Shown here: positions 50,908 through 63,076 of the stretch, one piece after another
Numbering within the stretch: position 1 is the first letter of the stretch
Layout of the letters: every line of letters begins with the position of its first letter
Source of the DNA: Octopus vulgaris
Taxonomy: Eukaryota
Length of the DNA: 64,000 nucleotides
Assembly (NCBI GenBank): GCA_951406725.2
Contig: OX597817.1
Location: forward strand, 152,210,001-152,274,000
Direction: 5' to 3'
The notes under the pieces: generated by a model
Databases searched by the model: none
Seen by the model: only the letters and a program-made list of their open reading frames with translations
Told to the model about the DNA's origin: nothing
Position numbers and translations under genes: made by a program

Positions 50908-51720
50908 TCATTATCATTATCATTTAATGTCCGTTTTCCATGCTGGCATGGGTTGGACGGTTTGACTGAGGTCTGGAAAGCCAGCGGCTGCAGCAGACTC
51001 CAATCTGATCAGGCAATGTTTCTACAGCTGGATGCCCTTCCTAATGCCAACCACTCAGAGAATATAGTGGGTGCTTTTTACGTGCCACCAGTACAGGAGC
51101 CAGTCGGGCAGGCTTGGCATTGATCACGTTTGGATAGTGCTTTTTACATGCCACCGGCACAGGAACCAGTTAGGGGCACTGCCATCAGCCATGTTCAAAT
51201 GGTACTTTTTACATGCCACCAGAATGGGAGCCAGTCAGGATGCACTGGCATCAGCCACATTCAAATGATGCTTTTTATGTGCCACCGGCACAGGAGCCAG
51301 TTAGGGGCACTGCCATCAGCCATGTTCAAATGGTACTTTTTACATGCCACCAGAATGGGAGCCAGTCAGGATGCACTGGCATCAGCCACATTCAAATGAT
51401 GCTTTTTATGTGCCACCGGCACAGGAGCCAGTCAGGCAAACCTGGCATTGACCACATTCAGATGGTGCTTTTTATGTGCCATTGGCATGGGGGGCCAGTT
51501 AGGGGGCACTGGCATCGACCAAATTCAGATGCTGCATTTTATGTGCCACCAGCACGGGAGCGAGTCAGGTGGACCTAACATTGACCATATTCAGATGGTG
51601 CTTTTTACGTGCCACCAGCATGGAAGCCAGTCAGGGGGCACTGGCATTGACCACATTCGATGCTGCATTTTATGTGCCACCGGAACAAGAGCCAGTCAGG
51701 GGGCACTGGCCACAGCTACG
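50908..51720 (-). mobile_element. RTE 3'-UTR copy with about 11 tandem ~60-bp units
   Basis: (ATC)n tail, conserved terminal ~150 bp, then repeated ggtgctttttaygtgccaccrgcacrggagccagt core; one two-unit block exactly duplicated. Confidence 0.85.
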
Positions 51721-51766
51721 ATTTTGGTTAAATGAATAAATAAACTGAAGGTAAAATAAAACTTAC

Positions 51767-51858
51767 TTAAAGTTGCATTAGGATTGCAATACTTCTCAGT
51801 ATTACAACAGAGAATTGCCTGGCCAATTTCAGCATCGGTTATCACACGTTTGCCGTGG
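51767..51858 (-). CDS. NBN: Nibrin exon (end of BRCT2)
   Basis: HGKRVITDAEIGQAILCCNTEKYCNPNATL (R-I---EIG-A---YC-P motif); ttcag/GTAAGT; 92 nt. Confidence 0.93.
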
Positions 51859-52812
51859 CTGAAAAAGAAAAAAAAATCATGTTAAAATTATGATCTAATC
51901 TAATCAAGTAAGAATACAGTTTTTCATAATAAGCACCAGTTGTTTCATGCCATTGTTTTTATCATCATCATCATCATCATTTCATGTCCACTTTCCAAGG
52001 GTTGGATGATTTGACTGAGGATTGGTGACCCAGATGGCTGCACCAGGCTCAAATCTTGATCTGGCAGAGTTTCTACAGCTGGATGCCCTTCCTAATGCTA
52101 ACCACTCCAAGAGTGTAGTGAGTGCTTTTACATGCCACAAATACGAGAGCCAGTCAGGCGGTACTGGCAATGGCCTTGCTCAAATGGTGCTTTTTATGTG
52201 CCACATGCACAGGAGCCAGACCAACAGCACTGCCAACGACCTCGCTTGAATGTTTTTTCACGAGCCACCAGCACAAGTGCCAGTAAGGCAACGCTGGTAA
52301 TGATCACGCTCAAATGGTGCTTTCTATGTGCTACTGACACGGAAGCCACTTAGCCACTCTGGCAATGATCACACTGGGATGGTGCTGTTAGCGCTCCACT
52401 AGCACGGATGCCAGTCATCAAATTTGATTTCGATTTCACTTGCCTCAATAGGTCTTCGCAAGCAGATATATTAGTAAACTAATATTTAAATGTTTTTTTA
52501 ATGTTTTTTTTTATTGTTGCTTGTTTCTTTTATTGGTTATTGAGACACAAAGTCTCGTAAGGATTTAACAATGGATTTTATCTAGCAACTAAACAATAAG
52601 CTAGTCCTTGAATGATATGGCTTAGAAGTAGAGAACTGAAACTGTATTAATAAGACATGTATATGTGAGAAGTGTGATTTAATGAGATAATGAAAGGTGG
52701 AATATAAAGACAGAGAGACAACTATGAATCTCATCATCGTCATTTAACATCGATCTTCAAACCAGCATGGGTTGAACAGATCAACAAGATCCACTGAGTT
52801 AGAAGATTGCAT

Positions 52813-53318
52813 CAAGAGAATACCCTCCATCAGGCATTTGCCATATTCTGAATGCCTTACTTCCCTGGGCATGGATACATCGAAACTCTGACGTCTGGCA
52901 GCTGACTTGGCAGACACCCATAAAATTATTAACCATCTTACAAACAATAATTCTGAGCACCTTTTCAAACTCCACCTGTCTAACACCCGTGGACATGTTT
53001 ACAAAGTCAGAAAACAGCACAGCTCCCATGACTTTCGGAAACATTTTTTCACGCTAAGAGTTGCTGAAGTATGGAACAAACTGCCGGCATCAGTTGTTAG
53101 TTGTCGGAGCAGTGCATCCTTCAAAACTTCCATGTTTCCTGAGATTCGCCAACACTACACCTGATTTTCTCCCCTCCATACACACGCAAACATGTATCTG
53201 ACTCATACACTGCTCACTTTCCAGACATTTGTACATTACTGCATATGCTTTATATGCACTTTTGACAAGTTGTGGTGCACCTGAGCACTGTATACAATAA
53301 TTTCATTATTATTATTAT
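52813..53318 (+). mobile_element. CR1-like LINE 3' fragment, same family as 31205-32148
   Basis: Near-identical to 31648-32148 including the (att)n tail. Confidence 0.9.
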
Positions 53319-55055
53319 CATACTCCAAAGTCTGCTTTCGGCATGTTTCTACGGTTCGATGCTCTTACAGAATGTACTGGGTGCTTTTTTTTCATGGCAA
53401 CAGTACTAGTGAGGTCACCATGCATTTCATGATACTAATATCCCTCTGGACAAAGGAAAAACAGAAGTGTCGAAAATGACACATTAGTTCTCCAAATCTG
53501 TTGCCTAATAATCCAGTAGCTGGTGTATACTAACATTCACAAGATTATTAATAAGTTCTGTGTAAGCTAATTAGTTGTCTTGTAGTAATAAGTACAAACA
53601 TGGCTGTATAGTAAGAAGGTGGCGAGCTGGCAGAACCGTTAGCACTCCGGGCGAAATGCTTAGCAGTATTTCGTCTGCCGTTACATTCTGAGTTCAAATT
53701 CTGCCAAGGTCGACTTGCCTTTCATCCTTTCAAGGTCGATAAATTAAGTACCAGTTACGCACTGGGGTCGATGTAATTGACTTAATCCCTTTGTCTGTCC
53801 TTGCTTGTCCCCTCTATGTTTAGTCCCTTGTGGGCAATTGGGAAATAAGAAGTTTGCTTCCCAACTATACAGTTTTGCATTCAATCTGTGTGATACCTTC
53901 GGCAAGTGTCTTTTAATATAGCCTTGGTCCAACCAAGGCCTTGTGAGTGGATTTGGTAGATAGAAAGCAGGTGAAGGTCAGTCTCAAGAAGGGCATCCAC
54001 CTCAGCAAATTTCATCCAACCCATGCTAGCATGGAAAAGTGGATACCAGAACAATGATGATAAAGAGGATGATGAAGATGATGTTCATGTAAATACTATG
54101 TTTTATCTTTTACTTCATTAGACTGTGGCTATGCTGTGGCACTGCCTTGAAGAATTTTAGTGGAACAAATCGACACACGTAAAAAGCACCCACTACTCTC
54201 ATAGAGTGGTTGGCATTAGGAAGGGCATCCAGCTGTAGAAACATTGCCAGATCAGACTGGAGCCTGGTGCAGCCTCCTGGCTTCCCAGATCTCGGTCGAA
54301 CCATCCAACTCATACTAGCATGGAAATTGAAAGTTAAACGACGACGACGATGATGATGATGATGATGGTACATATTTTATTGGTCTCTTATGCCAGACTG
54401 CTAAGTCATGGAGACATAGATACACCAACACCAATTGTCAAGCAAAAGCAAGACACTGATACAAAGACAAACACAGATAAATATACATATATATATATAT
54501 ATATATAGCCCAGTGGTTAGGGCAGCGAACTCGCAGTTGTAGGATCGCGGTTTTGATTCCCAGACCGGGCGCTATGAGTGTTTATTGAGCAAAAACACCT
54601 ACAGCTCCACGAGGCTCCAGCAGGGGGTGGTGGCAATCGCTGCTGTACTCTTTCACCACAACTTTCTCTTACTCTTTCTTCTGTTGGTCTGCTCGCTTAG
54701 CCAGCGGGGTGGCGTCATTTCAAGGCTAAAACAATGCGAAGCGCATTGTGACCAGCGATGTGTAACAGCATCTGATAGCCTGGTCAGTCACAGTGATCAC
54801 AGTGATATATACATCCGTGGGATCTTTATGTATGTATGCAGTATGTGTAGGAGTACAGTGTGTTGCTTCTCAGACTCTTATATAGTGCCATATATAAGCA
54901 CAGACATGGCTGTGTGGTAAAAAGTTTGTTTCCCAATCACATGGTTCTGAGTTCAGTCCCACTGTGTAGCACCTTGGGCAAGTGTCTTCTACTATAGCCT
55001 CAGGCTGACCAAAGCCTTGTGACTGGATTTGGCAGATGAAAACTGACAGAGGTTC

Positions 55056-55086
<31 letters not shown>

Positions 55087-55400
55087 CATCATCATCATTT
55101 AGCGTCCGCTTTCCATGCTAGCATGGGTTGGACAGTTCAACTGGGGTCTGCGAAGCCAGGAGGCTGCACCAGGCCCAGTCTGATCTGGCAGTGTTTCTAC
55201 GGCTGGATGCCCTTCCTAACGCCAACCACTCCGTGATTGTAGTGGGTGCTTGTTACGTGCCACCCGCACAGGTGCCAGACGGAGCTGGCAAACGACCACG
55301 GACGGATGGTGCTTTTTATGTGCCACCGGCACGGGGGCCAGGCGAGGCTGGCAATGGCCACAAACGGATGGTGGTGTCTCTCATATACCCTTATCTATAG

Positions 55401-55439
<39 letters not shown>

Positions 55440-55912
55440 TATATATTATCTGATGTGTACAGTATTATATAGCCATTACGGCCGATCTTACAAATCGGTT
55501 TTGCGCTAGTGATTCAACGGAGTGTTGAGTAACAATCCGATATGTAATCTGTACTCATCAGCAGTAGCCGTTATGGAATGAAATATGATGACTGCTCTCT
55601 TTTGTTAAAAGTGAATAGAGAAATCCAATTTGTGCTTCCTGTGAAAATGATGAGGATAAAACGAACTGGTGTAGTTAAGGGTTCTGTCCCTTCGCAAGTC
55701 AGTAAGAGTTTTCTGGAAAAGTTAGTGACAAATGTACGTCCTTCAGGTTGGTGTTCTTGTGGAAATGGAATTTGTGTAGTGTTACTACATGTACAACCTT
55801 TTCAGGGGGAGGGGGCATATACATTTATGTTCATTAGTGCTTATCTTTCTTTTATGTATTGGTTAAATTCGTGGGGTATATATTTTTTTGTGTCCTTGTT
55901 TTTTTTGTGTCC

Positions 55913-55948
55913 CTTTCTGTAGAAGAGCGTAGGCTCGAAACGTAAAAG
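55913..55948 (+). ncRNA. Degenerate minimal hammerhead ribozyme motif
   Basis: cttt-CTGTAGA-A-gagc(gtag)gctc-GAAA-CG-TA-aaag; stems I and II intact, A6 replaced by U. Confidence 0.5.
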
Positions 55949-56100
55949 ACTTTTTCTATTGCTGAGTGTTATACTAATACATCTGTTTGTTTTGTACACC
56001 ACCTGCCTTCGTCTTTTGTTTTTTTTCGTAAACTCTCCCTATATCTGTTTATATATGGTACTAAAAAAAAGAGTCTGAGAAGAAACTTGTGAGGTGTTAC

Positions 56101-56264
56101 CTTTGTAATAGAGACAGAACATGTGAAACCCATTCATCTTCACTGGGTTCAGCTTGCATTACAATGGATGTATCCTTTACTAAAGCTGAATCATCCACAT
56201 TCTTAGAAACACACAAACAAGAATGACCACCTGCAAGTTCAATAGCTATCTTCATCTTCCTCCA
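56101..56264 (-). CDS. NBN: Nibrin exon (BRCT2)
   Basis: WRKMKIAIELAGGHSCLCV...EWVSHVLSLLQ; tacag/GTAACA; 164 nt. Confidence 0.9.
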
Positions 56265-56490
56265 CTGTAAAAGAATTTGTTTTATGGGAAAAAATATAAA
56301 TATTTAGCTTTTGAAACACACACACACACACACACACATACACACATCATCATCGTTTAACGTCCGCTTTCCATGCTAGCATGGGTTGGACGATTTGACT
56401 GAGGACTGGCGAACCAGATGGCTGCACCAGACTCCAATCTGATCTGGCAGAGTTTCTACAGCTGGATGCCCTTCCTAACGCCAACCACAG

Positions 56491-56905
56491 CCTCTTCCTC
56501 AACACAGTTATGGTGACCCTGTGCATCTGAAACCCAATCTTGTTTCTGAGACGATCACACTCCACAAACTTTACTTCCAAGCACTGCTATAAACATTCTA
56601 AAGTTTGTGGAGTGTAATCGTCTCAAAAACAAGATTGGGTTTCAGATGCATAGGGTCACCTTGACTGTGTCGAGGAAGAGGAAAACTTTTTGAAAACAGT
56701 CATAACAAGTGACGAATTGTGGGTCTATGTCTATGGCCCACAAAACCAAGGCTTCAAAGGAATCCCAATTGAAAGGAACTATGTTATAACTTAGCGAGCA
56801 TGTGTGACAGAGTTCAATGTCAAGCTGTAGCAAGCAGCTTCACTCTGCATACTTTAATTCTGTTACCATAGCAACCATCCCAATACTTTTTGACTAGACC
56901 TCATA
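56491..56905 (+). mobile_element. mariner relic with an 83-bp-arm foldback
   Basis: ENFLKTVITSDELWVYVY resembles the mariner ITGDE-WV motif; right end tactttttgactagacctcata; inverted arms 56491-56573 and 56599-56681. Confidence 0.7.
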
Positions 56906-56974
56906 TACACATGTAAATAGAGTAACTTTAAAAAAAGACTGAAATACTCAAATGAGAGCAACAACTCCACATAC

Positions 56975-57089
56975 CTGAGAAGATTTTAAAAAGTAGAAAG
57001 TAGTTCCACTGAAAAGGGTTTTCCGTAATGGATTCGGTTGAAATGTTTCATTCTTGATCACAAAGTTGGGAGACAACTTGGGAAGGAAC
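56975..57089 (-). CDS. NBN: Nibrin exon (BRCT linker, start of BRCT2)
   Basis: FLPKLSPNFVIKNETFQPNPLRKTLFSGTTFYFLKSSQ (RK-LF-G-TF-FL motif); acag/GTATGT; 115 nt. Confidence 0.92.
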
Positions 57090-57614
57090 CTGTTTGAAAA
57101 ACAAATAGGACAAAAGAAATCAATAATATGGATTCCTAGCTTTGGTCCAAGGACACAAAGTTTTGGGGAAGTAATATATATTTCTTTACTACCCACAAGG
57201 GGCTAAACACAGAGGGGACAAACAAAGACAGACAAACGGATTAAGCTGATTACATCGACCCCAGTGCGTTACTGGTACTTAATTTATTGACCCCGAAAGG
57301 ATGAAAGGCAAAGTCGACCTCGGCGGAATTTGAACTCAGAACATAGCGGCAGACGAAATACTGCTAAGCATTTTGCCCGGCGTGCTAACGTTTCTGCCAG
57401 CTCGCCACTTGGGGAAGTAATATAGTTGATAAGATCAACATCATCATGATCATTTCAATGCCCACTTTTCCATGCTTACAAAGATCAGACAGAGTTTATT
57501 GAGGTGGATTCTCTATAGCCAGATACCCTTCCTGTTACCAACCCACACCTGTTTCCAAGCAAAGTAATATTTTCCCATAACCGGACATACTTTTGTAGAA
57601 TATTGAAAAATGTA

Positions 57615-57963
57615 CAAACAGCCATGCTACATGGCAGTGAAACATGGGCCATGACTGTTGAGGGCATGTGTAAGCTTGCAAGGAATGAAGTCAGTATGCT
57701 CTGCTGGATGTGTAATGCCAGTGTGCATACTCAACAGAGTGTAAGTGCCTTGAGAAAAAAGTTGGACCTAAGAAGAATCAGATGTGGTGTACAAGAGAGA
57801 CGACTGCGCAGGTATAGTCATGTGGCAAGAATGGATGAGAATAGCTGTGTGAAAAAGTGCCACACCCTAGCGATTGAGGGAACCTGTGGAAGAGGTAGAC
57901 CTTCGAACATTAGGACTCACCGAGACAATGACTAGTGACCGAGAATTTCAGAAATATGCTGTT
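57615..57963 (+). mobile_element. Internal fragment of the RTE LINE (ORF C-terminus)
   Basis: TAMLHGSETWAMT...GTCGRGRP, homologous to 34825-35110. Confidence 0.85.
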
Positions 57964-58251
57964 CCTAGATTAAACATATAAATATGAGGCAATCCAGCAT
58001 GTGCCCCGTGCTTATATATTATAATTTTTCAAATCCACCGTGCAAGTGCAGTTTTTTGTCAGCAGCAAATAAGTTAATGCTGGTGTTGCTTCGAAAATTT
58101 GCCAGAAAAATTATCAATAATTAATAATATCAGGGTAAGAAAAAATTTTAGAAATTTTTACTACCAGTGGCCTAGTGTATAGAAAAATTAGTCAATAGGC
58201 TATATATTATTCATATAAATACAGTGTACATTTACACACATAAGAGGTATC

Positions 58252-59620
58252 GGTAAAATTACAGATTAACACCCGTACGATTTTCACTAAGAAAAAAAAA
58301 AAAACTCGGATTTTTTGCGTGGAATCAAGTACCCTGACCTCCTAATATGCTGCAAATCCCATATTTTGGTCCGGAATTTTCACAAGGGGAAAAAAAAAAC
58401 CTCAGATTTCTTGCGTGGAATCAAGTACCCTGACCTCCTAATATGCTGCAAATCCCATATTTTGGTCCGGAAAGGGGTGGGTAACACCCCCCCCCCGGAA
58501 TTTTCACATGGAAAAAAAAAATCAGATTTTTTGCGTGGAATCAAGTAACCTGACCTCAAAAACAAAAAAAAACCGAATTTTTTAGATACCTTTCTGCTTT
58601 TTAAGACAATAAAGTGTTATTGGAGGGAAATCTGGCTGCTATTTCTAGCTGCCTGAATGACAACATAGCGATTTACAGATAAATGAATTAATTACTATTT
58701 TACAGAATAAAATTAATGAATTAATTATATAAATTAAATAATTCTTGAAAATTAATTAATATTAATAATATTTTTTGAACAAAGTAAATAATTTTTAAAA
58801 CAATTTTTTTTTACACAAACGCAAACGTATATAACGCGCAAAATTATTCCGTAGAATTTATCAAATTAAAAAACGCAAAATTAATATATTTTTTGAAATT
58901 GCAAATTATTTAGAATATAAAAATATACAAAAATAAAACAAATGAAGTTAAGTTTAAAAATAAATGTGATACCTATGCTCTGTAAGTTGCTTCTTTTGTC
59001 CAATTAATATAATATATCAATAATTTGTTCACACTTCAATTTACTATTTTCTAGAAATGTTCCTTTTCTAATTGAAACCATTTTTCTACATAACCATATA
59101 TAACTCCATCCGACAGATTTTTTTAGCTACTCCCTCATGCTAGAAATTTTTTCTCACGTGATGATATCAAAGTGAAAAACTTTGAATTACGCGCGCTTTC
59201 GGTGGTGGTCATTAGTGAACACATTAGTGAACACCACTGAAAGCACGCGTAATTCAAAGTTTTTCACTTTGATATCATCACGTGAGAAAAAATTTCTAGC
59301 ATGAGGGAGTAGCTAAAAAAAATCTGTCGGATGGAGTTATATATGGTTATGTAGAAAAATGGTTTCAATTAGAAAAGGAACATTTCTAGAAATTAATAAA
59401 ATAGTAATTAATTCATTTATCTGTAAATCGCTATGTTGTCATTCAGGCAGCTAGAAATAGCAGCCAGATTTCCCTCCAATAACACTTTATTGTCTTAAAA
59501 AGCAGAAAGGTATCTAAAAAATTAGGAGGTCAGGGTACTTGATTCCACGCAAAAAATCCTTTTTTTTTTTTTTTTTTTTTCTTAGTGAAAATCGTGCGGG
59601 TGTTAATCTGTAATTTTACC
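58252..59620. mobile_element. Merlin-like non-autonomous element with long TIRs, subterminal tandem repeats and an internal palindrome
   Basis: ggtaaaattacagattaacacccg termini; perfect 8-bp TSD gaggtatc; the uninterrupted host at ~6870-7220 carries a single copy of that 8-mer. Confidence 0.88.
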
Positions 59621-60212
59621 GAGGTATCAATCATAGGATACCTGGCACGCTAGACGGAATAGCCAAAATCCAAACCACTATTAGGGATAAATTTCAAAGG
59701 GAATGAAACATTTACCATCTATTTCCTGGACCATGGTTTCTGACTTTTTTTAGCAAATAAAATAATTTGCTAGGCAAAGTCTTCATCAACAGGTATGCCT
59801 AGATTAAACATATAAATACAAGGTAATCCAGCATGTGTCCGTGAATTTTCAAATCCACCACGCAAGAACAATTTTTGTCGGCAGCAAATAAAATAATGCT
59901 GGCATTACTTTGAAAATTTGCCAGAAAAATTATCAATAATTAACAATATCAGGGTAAGAAAAAATTTTAGAAATTTTTGTACTCTTAGCGCTCCACTGGC
60001 ATGAGTGCCAGTCATTGAATTTGCGAATTTGATTTGATTTTGATATCCTGTCCCCTTCCAACTTTTAGTTCATGCAATTGAAAAAAACCCACATTATTTA
60101 TGAGATGACCCAATATATAGACATATACAAACATACAAATATACATAGACATATACAAGCATATACAAATATACAGACATAAACAAACATATATAGACAT
60201 ATATAAACTTAC

Positions 60213-60316
60213 TCTTCAGGACCCTTACAAGGTAGAGACCCTTCACTAGCTTCTTTTAGACTTTTAAAATAGTCAATGGTAACAATCTGACATTGGGCAG
60301 CAAGTGCGCATACAAC
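60213..60316 (-). CDS. NBN: Nibrin exon (end of BRCT1)
   Basis: VVCALAAQCQIVTIDYFKSLKEASEGSLPCKGPE; ccag/GTAAGT; 104 nt. Confidence 0.92.
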
Positions 60317-61474
60317 CTGGAAAAGAATACAAAAGTTCAGTTTAGAGAAGTCATCATGAAACAAAAAAAAGTAATATAAAAGAAAAACTATACAAACATA
60401 TAAATTTCTTGAACAAATTATTTTACTGGTTTAATTGAAAAGTAGAAATAAGGTAAACATTGGAATCTGAATAAAATGGTAATGGTTATAAATAATTAAT
60501 AGCAGTGCTAATTGTGCTTTTGCAATTTACTTCTTTAACAGTATTTTAATTAATATATTGGGGGGAGTGGGGATGGCAAGACACTTTGGATGTGGACAAG
60601 TGATGTTATGAGTCCTTTTAAATTGCTTCTTTAAATTTCAGAAACATAAAGCACCATCCAAATGTGGCTGATGCCAGTACCCACTGACTAGCACTTAAAA
60701 AGCACTATCCGAATGTGATCGATGCCAGGCCCACCTGACTGGCTCCTGCGCCGGTGGCACATAAAAAGCATGCACTACACTCTCAGAGTGTTTGGCGTTA
60801 GGAAGGGCATCCAGCTGTAGAAACATTGCCAGATTAGATTGGAGCCTGGTGCAGCCGCTGGTTCTCTAGACCTAAGTCAAACCATCCAACCCATGCCAGC
60901 ATTGAAAATGGATGTTAAACGATGGTGATGATAAAATGTTTTATAATTAAGGGTCGCTCTTACAGACGGGAAGCAGTATTGGCCACATCAGTGCGATGTC
61001 TCATTCTGTGCAGTAGTGTTTTCAGATACACCACACTAAGAAGATTGCAAATACACTGCAAAATTCCTTGCATGAAGAATTATGTTGTTACAGATTAGCC
61101 TAATACTGGTACACAGCACAGACTGTCAGTACTAAATCCATCTGCAAGGGGTTAAGATGGTGAGCTAGCAGAATTGTTAGCATGCTGGGCAAAATGCTTA
61201 GTGGCAATCTGTCTGTCTTTACGTTCTGAGTTCAAATTCTGCTTAGGTCAGCTTTGCTTTTCATCCTTTCAGGGTTGATAAAATAAGTACCAGTTGAGAA
61301 CTGAAGTAGATGTTGTCAACTATACGACTGCCTTGAACTTGCTGGCCTTGTGCCAAAATGTGAAACCAATTAAAGGCCTCGTCAGTTCGGTCAGATGGGA
61401 CAGGGCCCATCTTAAAATATATTACATCAATAACCGACCATAAGAAAACTACATCATCTAACTTGTAATACTAA

Positions 61475-61817
61475 AGGGTAAAGACCCCCTTCGGTCACGA
61501 ATGACCATGGGATTGCACCAAGAAAGTTCCCCTCTGAGGCACAAGTCCAGGCAAGGTTGTTTATGGAAGATCAGCAGTCGCCCATACATACCATCCTCTC
61601 CTCACCACACCACTGATGTTATCCAAGGGAAAAGCAAAGGCTGATACAGCATGGCACCAGTGATGTCACGACTCACTGCTACAGCTGAGTGAACTGCAGC
61701 AACGTAAAATAAAGTGTCTTGCTCAAGAACACAACACACAGCCCAGTCTGGGGATCAAACTCACTACCTCATGATTGTGAGCCCAATGCCCTAACAACTG
61801 GAGCCGTGTGCTTTCAT
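61475..61817 (-). mobile_element. tRNA-derived SINE family D (representative), with 15-bp TSD
   Basis: TSD aacttgtaatactaa; core ttgagcaagacactttatt...gttcactcagctgtag. Relatives at about 1990-2188, 40155-40385, 49457-49760, 62718-63040. Confidence 0.8.
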
Positions 61818-61863
61818 AACTTGTAATACTAATCACATTCAAATAAACCTATTAGTAACTGCG

Positions 61864-62252
61864 TGGAGGCGCAATGGCCCAGTGGTTAGGGCAGTGGACT
61901 CGCGGTCGGAGGATCGCGGTTTCGATTCTCAGACCAGGCGTTGTGTGTGTTTCTTAAGCGAAAACACCTAAAGCTCCACGAGGCTCCGGTAGGGGGTGGT
62001 GGCGACCCCTGTTGTACTCTTTCGCCTCAACTTTCTCTCACTCCACTCTTACTTCCTGTTTCTGTTGTACCTGTATTTCAAGGGGCCAGCCTTGTCACTC
62101 TCTGTGTCACGCTGAATATCCCTGAGAACTACGTTAAGGGTGCACGTGTCTGTGGAGTGCTCAGCCACTTACACGTTAATTTCACGAGCAGGTTGTTCCA
62201 TTGATTTGGATCAACCGGAACCCTCATCATCGTAACCGACGGAGTGCTTCCA
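61864..62252 (+). mobile_element. tRNA-derived SINE family C (representative), with TSD
   Basis: Head ggaggcgcaatggcccagtggttagggc...ggtttcgattc; tail gtaaccgacggagtgc; TSD attagtaactgc. Other copies 21743-22106(-), 28318-28700(+); variants 37540-37847(-), 54507-54810(+). Confidence 0.85.
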
Positions 62253-63076
62253 TTAGTAACTGCACTCAAAAACTGACAATCAGAATTGTACTTTGTGTGT
62301 GTGTGTCAGACTGACAAAATATTTCATTCATCATGCTTTCCATGCTGGAATGGGTTGGACGGTTTGACTGAGGGCTGGCAAACCAGAAGGCTGCACCTGG
62401 CTCTAATCCAATCTGGCAATGTTTCTACAGCTGGATGCCTTTTCTAATGCCAACCACTCCGAGAGTGTAGTGGGTGTTTTTTACATGTCACCAGCACAAG
62501 GGCCAGTCAGGCGATACTGGCATCAGCCACGCCCGAATGGTGCTTTTTACGTTCCATCAGCACAGGTGCCAATCAGACAGTACTGTCATTGGCCACGACA
62601 ATGACTTCATTTGCTTCAACAGGTATTTGTGAGCACAGTTTATTGCCCAAAATAATGTAAAATATCAAATGTGATTGAGTTTCCCTCTCTCTCTCTCTGT
62701 ATAACTAAACTATAACTAGCACTCCATCAGTTATGATGACAAGTGTTCCAGTTGATCCGATCAATGGAACAGCCTGCTCATGAAATTAATGTGCAAGTGA
62801 CCGAGTATTCCACAAACATATGTACCTTTCACATAGTTCTCGGGGAGATTCAGTGTGATACAGAATGTGGCAAGGCTGGGCCTTTGAGTTACAGGTACAA
62901 CTCATTTTTGCCAGCTGAGTGGATTGGAACAACATAAAATAAAATGTCTTGCTCAAGGACACAACACACTGCCAAGAATTGAACTCACAATCTTACGCTT
63001 GTGAGCCAAATACCCTAACCACCAAGCTACGTTCCTTCACTCTTTCTGTACAATGCTTAAAACAGTTGTTACAAAC

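Noticed and set aside
51061-51720. CRISPR-like array of conserved cores with variable spacers (also 8093-8480, 15258-15660)
   Set aside because: Eukaryotic context, no cas genes, spacers are homologous to each other, and the array is part of the RTE 3' UTR
55578-55922. 114-aa ORF with CxC motif
   Set aside because: No recognisable domain; lies within the putative non-coding Penelope/retrozyme-like segment
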